64,000 nt of DNA, from assembly GCA_000165425.1 (NCBI GenBank), contig CT868027.1, positions 62,001-126,000 on the forward strand, written 5' to 3'. Shown one piece after another: positions 14,666 to 28,753 of this stretch. Under the pieces are notes generated by a model. That model searched no databases. It saw nothing but the letters and a program-made list of their open reading frames with translations, and was not told where the DNA came from. Source of the stretch: Paramecium tetraurelia. Taxonomy: Eukaryota. The position numbers and the translations under genes are program-made. The stretch's first letter is position 1. Each line of letters begins with the position of its first letter.

Positions 14666-16752
14666 ATGTATGAGCTTCTTTAGAATGTGGATAACTATAT
14701 TTAATTAGGTTTTGCTAGCCTTTCGATCCTATTCTTTTATATTGTTTATTAGACAGATGTAATTGGGAATTATAATTCTTAGACATTCATGATATAAAAT
14801 GAAGAGAATTGGGATTACTTGAGATAGCAATATGCTCAATTGTACGATTCTTAGGAATTGGATAAATTTCATTTCCCGAATGAGATGGCTAGTTTTTGTT
14901 ATAAAATTTAAGAAAAAATAACATCAATATAATGGGAATACATTTATTTCATTTGCTTATCAGGATTAGTTTTGATGCTTTATTCAGTATTTGTTTGTTC
15001 ATATCCTAGTTTTTTTTTCTTGACAGCGGATTCTTATACTTCGGAATGAACATCATATTAGGAGGACTAACAATGTTTTACCTATGTTATTTTATAAATA
15101 ACGTATATTTGGGAACTGTTGTAAAAGTTCCATTGCGAGTAATTTGTATATCAATCAGACTGATCCTCTGCGCTGGGCCTATGGTAATGGATTCTTCTTG
15201 AGTCTATTTTGTCTGGGAATGCTAATAATTTCAATACTTTTAGTCAATCAAATAAATAAGTTCGTTTTCCACAAACCAATAGGCATAGCCTATGTATTAG
15301 GAGGTACAAAACGTCTGATTAACAAGGCTCGCTATCCTTATATTTTAGAAGAGAGTAGCAATCAATCCTGGGAAGAAGTATATAGATAGGAACCGATCTT
15401 CATGTAAAAGACAACCTAGGATCAGAAGGTGTGATGGATGTAATTGGATATTCTGAAAAGTTAGCATCTATAATGGGTCATATCTTAAGTGATAACCATT
15501 TGCTAGATCTAATAATTGTATTGTTATTGTATTTCACATTGCCGAGAGTATAAATTAATTATTAATAGATTTTTTAAATTGGAGCTATGAACACTAATGT
15601 TTACTCAATAGTAATGTTAATCAATTACTTTGCATAATTTATTATTTCATTTTTCATTTCCTCCTTTTAATCAGAAGATATAGCTAAGAATGTCTTATAG
15701 AATGTGAGAACCTAAATTATAGCTGCTAGTCTTTTTAGTATTATCTCATTAATACTATTATACATCTACAACTCCACATATATGAGTATAGCTAGTTTTG
15801 GCCTCATAACTAGTATGCTACTCATAATCTATTTGGAATATGTTACTAATCATTCATTTCCCTAAGTCAGGAACATTGCTTCAGCAGCCCTGAATGCGCC
15901 TATGTTAAATATTATGAATGGCAATTTTCTAGGAGACATGGGTTAGTTATTCTTTGTTGGCTTAACAGGATTATTCATCTTCATTTCTAAGGAAATTGGT
16001 GGAGATGAGGGTCTTTATGCTTTTTTGACTGGATTAATTATGAATGCCATAGTTATGACATCTATATAATTTAGTGGTAATTCGATAATGATTGGCTTAA
16101 GATTCGCTTAGATTGCCTAGGTGGATTCATTGCCTTTAGAAAAAGTATAACTAAAATATATATAAAAATAGATCAATTTAGCTGCATGCAATTATGGTTT
16201 ATATTTAAAAACAATTACGATTATTTGCTTGTTTTTGATCACAATAATATTTTTTCCTTTGTAAGAAATCTAGTGTTTTGCAGTGTTCATAGGACTCATA
16301 TTGGCTTACTTTTTCAAAGGGATTTTTCTAAAGTTTGTTGGAACTTAGATTGTTAGATAATTACGAGGGTTTTATGAGGGAACATTCTTGGAAGGGCAAA
16401 CTTACAATTTATGGGAATTAACTGGATTAATTGGTCTGGTAATATTAATTAATTATTATTCTATTAGCAATTTATTATTTTGAATTTTTTTAAATACTTC
16501 ACTTCTAAGTTTGGAATGTATTCATACGTTTACAGTTACACATAGATTGTGTTGATTTTAAGTGCCAGAGCCATTATAACTGGGAGCAGTCTTAAGAATG
16601 TGAGAGTTCTTGAGGGAACTCTAAAGGAGAACAAGATAATTTATTTATCTCATATGTATGCAGATATTCAAGGCATAGCTATGGAAGAATCTCCAGCATT
16701 GCCTTAGATAGGATTTTTAGGGATATCAATCGTGCTTGGGTTAACAATTTGA
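14666..16752 (+). CDS. Divergent membrane H+-translocating pyrophosphatase-like protein with degenerate catalytic motifs
   Basis: Intact ~650-aa polytopic ORF after five introns (23, 20, 23, 21, 29 nt). Colinear with mPPase segments: GGSLSLYFR..IGTDLHVK, LEYVTNHSFPQVRNIA, TGSSLKNVR, ADIQGIAMEES. Confidence 0.75.
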
Positions 16753-16857
16753 ATAATTCCAGTTTAAAATTTAATCGAACTTTTATTAAATGGATATTTA
16801 ATATTTATTATATTAATTCTTCTTTCTCCTCAGTTTTCACTTACATCATCAGAACGA

Positions 16858-17472
16858 ATGTCATCTCAAATTACGAAAAAGCCATCTTTAAAGCTCTAAT
16901 TAAACAAGAAGACATTGGATACTTTGGCTAAGGAGAAAACCAACATTCCTCCTAGTTCCAAATGCTCTCAAAAGACAGTCTCCTCTATTAACGTAAGATA
17001 TAACCTTAATAATCAATTTAGACAACTAGCTGCACATCTTCATCTTCCAAATAAAACTACCCATGTAAAGAATCAAAGTCAAATCCCTCCAAAAATTCCG
17101 ATTAACATTCATAATTAATTCAATATTTGCTCTAAGAAAATATAGAATTACAAAAGCAGAACTAAGACAAGGATTAATTGATAAATTTCTTGAGTACAAA
17201 ACAATCCCCCAAGAGAAGATCAATTTTAAATACAGAAAGGAGCACTGAAATCAAATCTTAAAAACTTCCTTAGATTTCATAGGCTAAAAATTCACTAGAG
17301 ATTGATAAGTATTTATTTCTTTAATTTCAATACTAGTTTAAACGAAGGAGTCTAAGCACCATTTTGTTTTACATTTTGTCAATAAGATACTCAGAGTTAA
17401 TAAAGTGTCAGAAATAAAAAATTGCCCAAAGAATTTTAAATTGTACCAAACAAAAAAAGATATTTTGTATGA
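16858..17472 (+). CDS. Small Ser/Gln/Lys-rich hypothetical protein with short coiled coil
   Basis: MSSQITKKPSLKLQL...QYLLQENIELQKQNQDKDQLINFL...KKRYFV*; introns of 29 and 28 nt. Confidence 0.6.
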
Positions 17473-18335
17473 TTATAGAAAGTTCATCAATGATGATATT
17501 ATATTTCAATTTATTTGTGTTTATATTCATAACAATTCAAAAAGTAATAACCCTCTTCACTTCATATTAAATTAACATTTATTGCCATCGTTTTTTTCTC
17601 TTAATCATAATTGAAACCAATGTTACTGCAGCTCAAATAAATAATTATTTTTGAATCAAATATCTAGAAATTACAATGTGTCTCGATCTTTGAATCTCTC
17701 AATTCTTTTTATAGAAGATATATCGATTGTCTAACACAATTGCATGATACAATTCGAGGAACCAATAAAATAAGTTTAAATTTCTTTATAAAACTAATAT
17801 AAAAACCAGCATATGATTTAATAAGTGTAACAATGTGGTGATATTTTCAATTAAAAACTTTAACATATATTCAACTTTTCAAGAAATAAGATAAGACACG
17901 CAATTCAGACAACCTCCAAGAACAATTTCCATATTCCTATTGATCATATTGAATACATTAAAATATAATGAGGTTGTTTATTCAAATATTATATAATTTT
18001 TTATAAATGAGAAGTTAATAAAGTAATATTTGTTTGATTATATCATATTATTTCTAATTACAAATCTTATGATATTGATTTATAAATGCAATAGGAATAG
18101 ATCATAGATTAGCATCATTTTAGATAAAAATAAACAATTGTATTAAGATTTATTTAATAAAATAATGTGATCGACTTTAACTTAATATTTTCATTCAATT
18201 AAAAAGGAGGGATTCCTCTTCTATTAATCATCTAACTGCCTTTTTTGCAAAATTGTGCTTCAAAAGACTATAATTTAATATCCTTTTTAATGGAAGATTT
18301 GATATTTTTCATGTTCTTTTGTTTTCATAAATAAA

Positions 18336-20695
18336 ATGAATTAAGAAATTTAATAATTTAGAGCCACTTTACCAATAAATGAATTCAAATAAGAAATTTT
18401 GAAATAGACTTTGGAAAATACTTTTATTATCATAACTGGTGACACTGGTTCAGGTAAGTCAACTCAATTACCATAATATCTATTGGATGATGAGAATTTC
18501 AGATTAAGCATTTGTGAAAAGAGAAAATAGTTTTTGGAGGAATAAGTTGAGGAGAAAGAGTAACCGAAGGTTTAGGGATTCTTGTCTAAGAAGTAGAAGC
18601 CATTTGTTCCAGAGGACAGAAAAAATTCAACTGATTTAAAGATTGTGGTAACACAACCCAGAAGGATGGCTGCTATATCAATGGCCAAAAGAGTAGCATT
18701 TGAGAGAAATGTATAACTATATCTTATATATCAATTAATAGCAAAACTTAGGCAGTGAAGTTGGATATTCAATAAGATTTGACAATTCCACTACTAATAC
18801 TACTTAATTAAGATATGTGACTGATGGTATATTGGTGAGAGAATGTTTGTAGGATAAGGATTTAACCGGATATGATGTTGTAATTCTCGATGAGGCTCAT
18901 GAGAGATCCCTATATACAGATGTTCTATTTGCATTGGTGAAGACAGCTGCAAAGAGAAGGAAGGGAAGTTTAAAAGTTATCATAACATCTGCGACACTAA
19001 ACATCAATATCTTTAAGACCTATTTTGAAGGTTGTCCCTATGTCAAAGTTCATGGTAAGTCATTTCCTGTTGAAGTGAAATATTCTGAGCATAATATCAC
19101 TTAATAAAAAAGAAATCATGATGCTGTGAATGCTGCCATCAGAATGCATTTGCATGAAGGTCCAGGAGATATCTTAGTATTTCTACCTGGGAGTGAGGAT
19201 TGCGAAGTTTGCAGAAAATTTTGTTATGAGAGATTAGCAGAAGTGCTAAACTCTGGAGTTGAAGTCCCAAGTGTATTATTATACACATTGTATGGCAGTC
19301 AGACTTCTGAAGACCAGAGTCAAGTATTTTAAAGAGCTGATGAACATACTAGAAAAATCATATTCTGTACAAATATAGCTGAAACTTCTTTGACTATTGA
19401 TAATATTGGATTTGTGGTAGATACTGGTTATGTTAAATAAAAAGTGTATAATCCAAGGACTGGCATGGACTCTCTCATCATTTAACCTATATCTAAGACT
19501 CAAGCCATTTAAAGAACAGGTAGAGCAGGTAGAACACAAGCTGGAAAGTGTTATAGATTATTTTCTAAATAGTTTTATGAATCACTTTCAGAGCACACAA
19601 CAGCTGAAATCATGAGAGTTAATTTAGCATCAGTGATGTTACTACTTAAATCTATGGGAATAGATGATGTAGTGAGATTTGAATTTATGGAACAACCCAC
19701 TCAAGAAGCTATTCTATAATCTTTGAGATAATTATATCTAATATAAGCAATTGATGAGGATGGATATATCACTCCTATGGGTTATGAGATGTCTAGATAT
19801 CCGTTGGAACCAAGTTATGCAAAAGCATTAATCACTTCAAAATTGATGGAATGTTCAAGTGAAATGAGTGCTATTGTGGCCATATTGTCTACAGAAAGCA
19901 TTTGGTAAAGAATTACCAGAGTAGATGTAGATGGATATTAAAAGTTACAAGAAACCCAGACTCAACATGCAGATCCTGCAGGAGATCACTTAAGTTTATT
20001 GAAAATATTTTCAGAATGGAGATAAGCAACATTTAACGAACAATTTGCTAAGGATACCCTTCTGAATTTAAGGTCTTTGAGATAGGCTGATAATATTCGC
20101 TAATAGTTATAATAATTAGTTGAAGGCACTAGTAGAAAGAAATGTTTACAGTTTTATGAATAGGATTATCTTTATAAATTGTTTAGAAAATAGAAGGATT
20201 CAAAGAAGTGGAATATCAATGAGAGTATTAAATTAGCATTATGTTCTGGATTTTATTTTAATACTGCTCGTAAGATGCATAATGGTGAAGATACCTACTT
20301 GATGGTGTATCCTGAGGGCACAGTTGTGGATACAGATCCATAGTCTGTATATACAGTGATCCAACAATACCCAGAGACTGTGATATTTACTGAATTGGGA
20401 GGTACATCGTAAGTGAGGGGAGTGATGAAATTGATTAGTGAAATCAATATAGAACTGGGTTAAACCCTACTTTTCAAATATGGTGAAGGTATGAAATGAT
20501 TGTTGATTTTAGGTTGATCTATTCAAATTGGCAAGAATTGAATTCCAATAAAGAGGAAGAGATGCAGTGCATGAAAGAAGACAAAAGAAAATATAGGAAT
20601 AAGAGAAGTAAAAAGAGTAGGAAGAAAAGGAGAAACTAGAAAAACGTTAATTATATAAGGCAAGATTCGAATAAAGAAAGAAGGTTAAAATGTGA
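18336..20695 (+). CDS. DEAH-box RNA helicase, DHX40/Prp22-like; apparent +1 frameshift at ~20452-20455
   Basis: [34 protein letters not shown] and QRTGRAGR motifs; HA2/OB regions; tail KARFEQRKK resembles DHX40. Confidence 0.92.
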
Positions 20696-20722
20696 ATAGA
20701 ATAATGTTATTGTTATAATAGA

Positions 20723-23700
20723 TCATTCTTTAAAGACTGATAGTCTCTTTTATACTGATCTTTTGTTCTCGTGATTCTCATCATACACTGATCCGATTCT
20801 GATACTACTCTTACGACGTAATTTACTGGCAATTGTTTCATCTAAATTCTCTTCTTCAATGCCTTCCTCAGCAAAGATATTGATGCCATTAAACCATCTG
20901 GAAGGTAGAGTCCTTACAAATATGGCTACGATCATGCCACCCAATGCAAATATCCAACAGAATATATGTTACCACACAGTTAATTCACATACAACTGCGA
21001 ATTTATCTCCAAATAGAATCAGAAGATATTGCACTGCTACTTCAATTAAATTTATCAACCAAAATAAGGAATTGTTGAATAATCCACTAAAAGGATTAAG
21101 AGACACTTCATCCAGTTTTCTGCAGCTGATCGAATTGCAAATTTACATCAAAACAAATGTTTAAAAAAACATTGTTAATCTTTATATTGGTCTGTCTTCA
21201 TATTCCTTATCCAAGGAGTCATCAAAATCAAATATTCTATCTGGAATAAACAAGATTAGACACAAAATAGCAATTTGATATATACTAGCTCCAATAACTG
21301 TCCTGTACATAATTGAATTGACAATGCTCTCTCTTTTACCATAAGGTTTCCTATTTAGAAGCCTATCACTGGGAGGTTCAGTTGCCAAAGCTAAGGATGC
21401 AAAAGTATCCATGATTAGATTCACCCACAGCATTTGAATACTTGTTAAGGGAGCTTCCTTTGTAACAGCTGCTCCAAGCACACTCATAAACAAAGCCACA
21501 ACATTGACAGTCAATTAAAACTAGATGAATTTACGAATACAATTATAAATATTTCTTCCCCATTTGCATGCAGTGATAATAGAACTGAAATTGTCATCCA
21601 ATAAAATGATATCCGCAGCATCTTTACAAACATCTGTCCCTGTGATACCCATAGCAAATCCGACATCTGCCTTTCTTAATGCAGGAGCATCATTGGTTCC
21701 ATCTCCAGTCACTGCAATCACATTATCTAATTATTTCAATCCTGTTGCCAATATAAATTTATCTTCAGGAGTTGCTCTTGCCAATACTTTTAAATGAACC
21801 ACAATTTCTTAAAATTTTAAGAGATCCTTGACTTCTTGCACTTCAACTCCATCCTTAATCACTTTATTCAAACCGCCAGTCAATTACCTAAATTAGGATC
21901 CTTCCATGGCTTCATATTCATGTAAGTCACTATCTGGTCCTAGAATTTTGCAATCTCTTGCAATAGCTTTTGCCTGTGTTAATGTTATCACCAGTTACCA
22001 TTCTGACTATTATTCCAGATCTATAACACTATTAAATAGCACTTGGAACATCCGGTCTTACAGGATCTTTGATTCCAGCTATATTTATTAAAGTTAAATC
22101 AGTTAAAAGATATTCTTCTGGAATAGAATCAAAATCATATTCAAGATGATAATTTAATATTTTGTATGCATTTCCTAGTGTTCTGAGTGCTTAACTAGCA
22201 TAGTCTTCTATTATTCATAACATGTTATTAGTATCCTAAGATGTCAATTTAGCTTCTTCTCCATTTGAGTTGATAAATTTAGAGCACTTTTTTAAAACCA
22301 TTTCAGGAGCACCCTTCGTAAACAAATATATCTTATTATTATGATGAACAAGGGAAATCATCATTTTTCTCTTTGAATTTAATGGAATCACTCTCAATAT
22401 ATTATCAGATGGTCTATAACTAGACAGCTAATAACCTAACATATCACAAAACTCTATCAAAGCACATTCTGTTTTGTTTCCTATTTATTCGAATTTACCA
22501 TTAATGCCTCTCTTAGGATATGCACTTGAATTATAGAGATTGCTGGCAGCCAGGAGATCTAAATAATCCTTTTCCAGATTCTTGATCTAGAGTAACTGGT
22601 AATCTTTGTAATTAGAACCATAACAAAATATTGAATTGACTTGCATTGTATTCATTGTCAGAGTACCAGTTTTATCACTACAAATATTGTTGACTCCTCC
22701 CATAATTTCACAAGAGGCAAGAGTCTTAACTAAATTTTATTCATCTTTCATTTTGTTCACCGAAAAGGCTAAGGTAATAGTAACAGCCAAAGGTAGACCC
22801 TCTGGAACTGCCACAACAATAATAGTAACACCAATCATGAAAAACTTGAGTATTTTTTGGAGACAATCAAGATGCCAAAATTATTCCCAAAATGTTTATT
22901 CATCATTCTATGCATATTCTATGAATAGTCGAACCAGCAGAATAACGAATGTTAATATTGCCACAATTACACCCACTTTACCTATTGTTTCTGCCACTCC
23001 TTCTAATTTCACTTACAAAGGAGTTGGTGTACTATCACTTTCACCAAGTCTCTTCATTTCATTCTGCACTGTTTTCTCACCCACTAATTTAATGTTTTAT
23101 ATCAATACCTTGCAAAACCAACATAACTCCAGTTCCCTCATTAACCTTAGTTCCTGACATCAAAAAAGGAGATTTCCCCTTCTAATCCTTCAAACATACA
23201 TCGAGTGGTGCCTTCAACATTTCATCAGACTCTCCTGTCATTGCTGATTCATCTATTTTCACTTCACTGCCACTCAAATATAATCCTAAAATCAAATTTT
23301 ATACTCACCATCCACATTGAAAATATCTCCTAATTAAAACAATAAGACGTCACCAACGACAATATCCTTATTGCTAATTGTTGTTATATTCCCCCCTCGC
23401 TTTACCTACACGTGTCCCTCGTCTAGCTTTGATTATAATTTAGCAAATTGTCTCTCTTTAGCATAATTGTTGCCTGCTGTAATTCCTATGATCAAGAAGA
23501 TTGCCAAAAATATCGTTAAGCTAACTTATCTGATCATAAATTTACCCCTCATACCATCCACCTTCACCCTCGATAATTCCCAATACAGTTGATACAATTG
23601 CAGCAACAATCAAGATTTGCAGCATTGTATCACCTAAACACTCTACTATTAATTTCCATAAAGGTGTTAATTCTTTTACAATAGGTAAATTAGCTCCGTA

Positions 23701-23949
23701 TCTGTTTCTAAGTGTACTCACTTGTTCTTCGTCTTGCACGCCTCTCTACACTTATAAATTAAATGATACCTTCAAATCAACTTAAAATATTTTCGCCAAT
23801 CCTTACTCTCCCCCTAATTATTACACCAGTCCTAACGAAACTCCATCTCTAATATTATCAAGTTTAAATAAATTTTTGAAGTCTGCTTCCTCTCCCTATC
23901 CAACTAACTCAGAATCAGAGTTCTTTTCGATGAGGTTTACTCTACTCAT
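20723..23949 (-). CDS. Plasma-membrane-type Ca2+-ATPase (P2B, PMCA); apparent +1 frameshift at 21973-21974
   Basis: [43 protein letters not shown] and [11 protein letters not shown] motifs; four introns of 23-25 nt. Confidence 0.95.
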
Positions 23950-24014
23950 TTAATTATGTATTTTATTAGAACTAAATTACTATTAATTAATATTTATTGA
24001 TACGAAACTTGAAT

Positions 24015-26850
24015 ATGGATCAACTAAATGGAATTTTTCTTAATTAATCTTTCTTTACTCTCCCCTTGATAATAGAACATCTTATTGAATTATATAATAA
24101 ACCAAGACTATCCATTGAAATTTGATGTTTCAAAAGAATTCAACTTTAGTTAAAGCCAAAAATAACATTATATATAAGTCGAATGCTAACCTTTACTAAG
24201 AGAACTAGGTATATGATTTATGAATCTTAATCAATTTATTGCCTAATGAGTCAACAGTGACATTTTTGCTGAAAAATATCGTTTTGCATCAATTGCAAAT
24301 ATTAAATTTAAATAGTCACTTATGAATGTTTAAATTCCAGAATTATCAATAATTTCCCTATAAGGATGAAAGAACTTTCATAGAGATTCCTTAATCGTTT
24401 AAACTTGTGATGGTTGGAAATTCATCAATAAATTTGACCAAACATGCTGCAATCATTAAGACTAAAATATAGCAGCAAATGTTTAATTTTATTTTTTGTT
24501 ATAGGATTTATTTTGTGATTTGTAAATATATATTGATTTACTTAGTGAATCTATTTTATATACAATAATAATTCTTTTTTATATTTAATTAACTTATAAA
24601 CACTCGTTTAGATTTTCTTAGAATTAATTAAATAATAACAAAATTTAAATACAAATAAAATTTAATTACTTTTTGACTTTATTCATCTTAAGAAACATCT
24701 ATTTTCGAAATCGAAAGCAGTGCTAAGACTAAATGTATTTACCTATTTTTCAAAAGATATTATAATATTCCAAATTATCTAAAATCTTATTACATCGATT
24801 TATTCTGTTTTTCACAAATCTTGATATTTAGACCTATCCTTATTAATTTATATATGAATATCTACCATTTTATAGTCCTTAAATTTTAGACAGAAGAAAT
24901 ATATTATAACAGTATTATTTGATAATACTAATTTAAGATATAATGAAAAGGATAAATAAAATTGTTAAATAATAGTAATAATTAAATTTGGCACGATTAG
25001 TAATAATAATGAAAAGATAACTTATTATAGCTATTTAAAAAACATTTAATTCCAAAAAAAGAGTATTTCAAAAATGTTTATTTAGGAATCAACTGATTTA
25101 AAGATTACATAGTTACTAAGTATAAAAAATTGTAGGACCTAGAACCTTTAGTATTAAAAGAGTAATCATTTGATTTGAATTTTATTATTTTTTTACATAA
25201 ACAAAGAGATCTTAATAAGAGAAATTAGGGGATAATATATAAACGACTTGGATATAAAGAATTGCCATTATTAGGGGTTTTGACTTATACAATTCTATAG
25301 TCTATAAATTTGCATAAATTTATTTATCAATTTTCATGCCAATATCTAATTATTGAATACAATTTCATTTGAATTTGAATGTTTATCCTAGGGTTCCTAG
25401 ATCATCTATTATTCACTACTATTTAATTCGATTCTAAAATTAATCCATCAAGAGTACATTGTATTTTTATGGTCAATATGAAAAATTAATTGAGTTTATG
25501 GAACTGCCTTGGGTATGACTTCAGGGAGGGCTCTCAAAATATTGATTTATGGATTTATTTTTTTGATATTAGGAGTTACTATAAATTCATAAGTGGTAAT
25601 TCCATTGATTATTAGATATATGTGAAAAATGAATAATTAGAGGAGTAGCATCGAAAAAATAATAGAATCTACAAGCATTATTAATGAGAGTGTGTACTTG
25701 ATTTCTAAATCGTTTTCTATAAAAAAATGCTTAATCTAAAATGAAATTTAATACAAACTTTTGAATTTCATTGTCTATTAATAACTTTTCATTCTATGTA
25801 TTATATAATATTATAATTCTGATATAAACAATCCAGTGTGTATATAAATTGTAACATGGTTGACGTTACCATCATCATAAAAATTTTATAATTTAAATCC
25901 CCAATGCAATTATTTACCCATTTACAATGATGATCAAAATCTTGACAACATCTAAGATAAGTATTTTTTACAACCTATTACAATGTTTACAATGCTTTGT
26001 ATTTTCTTTCACATAGGCTTCACAAATATCGCAGTAAGATTCCAATTTATAATTTTCATACATGAAATGTTTTCTTCATAATATAAATTTTAGTTTACCC
26101 ACGATTACGATATTCTAATTATAATAACAAAAATTGATCAGTGGGGCAGCTTAAAGTAGTCTTACCACTAGAAAACAATGATAGTGTAGTTAAAAGTCCA
26201 AGCATTATAAAATGTATAGCCTAAATGCTAATAACAAACTTACTGATTCATCCAGCAAAGATATTAATAGGAAACAGGTTAAGATATTTGGAAAGTAAAG
26301 CAAGTAAGTAAGTAATTGATAAACAGTTGGAAGTTATGAGCAACCATGCCGAATTTTATTATTTAATTTCATTATAAAATAAATATATAACTATTTTAGA
26401 TATATCATAAAATAAGTGATTGCTTAATGAATTAAATATCATAATCGAAGAAAATAGTAAGAGAACAATATAAATTAATGAAAAAAAGGATTCGATTTAT
26501 AATTGCAACTATTTGTATACATCTTAAAAACAGCTGAAGATGTAAACCAACTAAAAGATATAAGGTATCTCATAATATTACCAAATCATAAAGAAATTTA
26601 CTCAAATAGTTAGAAGGTTCGATCCAAAATAGAAATGAAAATCAAAGCTTGCTCTATACAAGATATAAATTACTTTAGAGTTTCATTTATGATCACTTTT
26701 CTCAAGTGTGTCATCAAATAGTAGGTTTTAACAAGAGTTTCTATGAAAAGTAAGACAATATGACTTAGGCTATTAAAATAATTGAAATAATTAGCTCTCC
26801 CAAAGATTTTACTTAATGATCTAAATACAAATCTTTATAATTACTTTAGT
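24015..26850. pseudogene. Gene-poor stretch containing decayed coding-like fragments
   Basis: Coding-like composition at ~24015-24500, ~25030-25700 and ~26130-26800, but the frames I tested are broken by TGA or frameshifts. No family recognised. Confidence 0.35.
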
Positions 26851-26961
26851 TTCAATGTAATAATGAGGATTGCTTTAGTTAAAAGTACAATTTATTTTAT
26901 TTTAATACTTCGCAATGATTAATAATCTTAATACTCCATATAGAAATTTTAGTAATATAAA

Positions 26962-28606
26962 ATGAATACTATAAAAAATAATGATAGTTCCTTCTATAGT
27001 GTTGTCTATCAAGATACGTATGATCCTTAACCATTATCTTCTGAGATACCATCATCTGAAAATGAAGTCCCATTTAAACAACTAAGGTTAGCATTGTTGT
27101 TATCAATTAGTGGTGATGAGGCGATAGAGAAAAGCTTCATGGAATCTAATTGTTAATCTTCTATCTGGGCGAAAAGAGGATCCAAAGCATCATTTTTATT
27201 GACGAGTATCACTATTATGAAGAGCATGGTTGGAGTTGGAATTTTAGGAATTGTACGTAGAGTTGTTATTTATAGCCAAATGTGATGAAAAATTTTGGTG
27301 TAATATTGACAATAGTTATAATGATTGCTGTTTATTCCTTAGGCATGACGACATCAAGAGTTCTACTTAAATGCAAGAATTTAAGCAAGAAAAGTAATTA
27401 TTCAACAATTGGATATTTTATATTTCGTCATAGTTGGATTATTTACACAGTTAATACTGTAATTACATTATCCAATATAACAACATGTCTTAGCGAATTG
27501 ATGTAAGAACCAATATCCAATATCATAGTATTTTCGGAGATGCCTCCCAATTGTTGATTAAGTTTTATAAGGGGTAGGATTACGAGGTTCCATTTTATTT
27601 ATCAAGAACATTTCTACTATGTATTCTTGGAGTAGTTCTTTCACCTCTTTTGATTGTAAAATCTATAGAAAAATTAAGATTTGTCAGTTTAACAGCCATT
27701 CTTTCTATAAGCACTTTCACTGTATTAGCATTTTACAACTTCTTTGGAAAGGATAAAATACCTGATGGTATCATAATTAATCAATTTAGGTTTTTCGTTG
27801 TTGCTTCCATCAACTTTCAATTTCAAAAATGCCATGTCTGCACTCCCTACTTTGCTATTGGCCTACAATTGGCAATTTAATCTATTTCCCATTTTTAAAG
27901 GAATGGAAAATCCTACAGATACCAAGATGAAGTATGCAATGTTCACCGGATATTCAATGGCTTCCTTTTTATATTTATGTGTGGGGATATTAGGTTATGC
28001 TACATATGGAAATGATGTATAGATAATTGATTAAACCACTAGATCTAAACTAATTATTTAAAGAGCATTAAATCTGAGGAGGTCGGATCAATATTGTATG
28101 TAATTTTGAATATCACCTTTGTTGTGTCGACCACATTGACTTTGCCTGTATTATTCTTTGGCGGTAGGAACAATTTCATTTAAATCTACAAACAGTTGAC
28201 TTCAGAGAAAAAAACGGTTTAAGAAGTTAAGAATTATAAAGAGTTTTTGGATGAGACCAATTCTAAAAGGCAGGAGAGACTAATAGAAATTAAGTTGAAA
28301 AAGAGATCACAAAAGCTTAGGTTTTATTTGTTAACTTTGACCCTTTTCATATTGTTGATGTGTGGGGCTATATTTCTAGATAACCTTGCTTTGGTGTTTA
28401 ATATCAAAGGAGCTGTGTTTTGTAATACGATTTAGTTTGTCTTGCCAACTATCTTCTATATAAAATTGGTAGAAAAGGTTAAGAGATACCGATTCAAAAA
28501 CAAATAGAAATAATATTTTTATTATGGTATAAAAGTCTTATTCTGCATGAGTTGGGTATTTTTGGTTACTTGCGTTGTGTGTGGAACCATGGCAGCAGGT
28601 CATTGA
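26962..28606 (+). CDS. Amino acid transporter (AAAP / SLC38-Avt family)
   Basis: KSMVGVGILGIP, LLAYNWQFNLFPI and GILGYATYG motifs; multiple TM helices; five introns give 508 codons. Confidence 0.9.
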
Positions 28607-28753
28607 TTTATTTAATTGTAATTTAAATTTATTATATCATTATTTAAGCCTTTTAATAATTGCTATCTTAAAGTGTTAAGCTTTAGTTTTGCAATGTTTT
28701 AATATTGAAAATTGAATTATTTTAGTTTAATAATTAAAACATTACTGTTATTG

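Noticed and set aside
16760..17120. Minus-strand frame faintly resembling a kinesin motor C-terminus (SSCLIRALKMAF...)
   Set aside because: It has an upstream in-frame TGA and no sensible stop, while the plus strand holds a clean two-intron gene.
20859..23157. Long plus-strand ORFs in the track (e.g. 22636-23157, 20859-21164)
   Set aside because: They are antisense shadows of the PMCA gene, as are similar ORFs opposite RPL14, H3 and PDHB.
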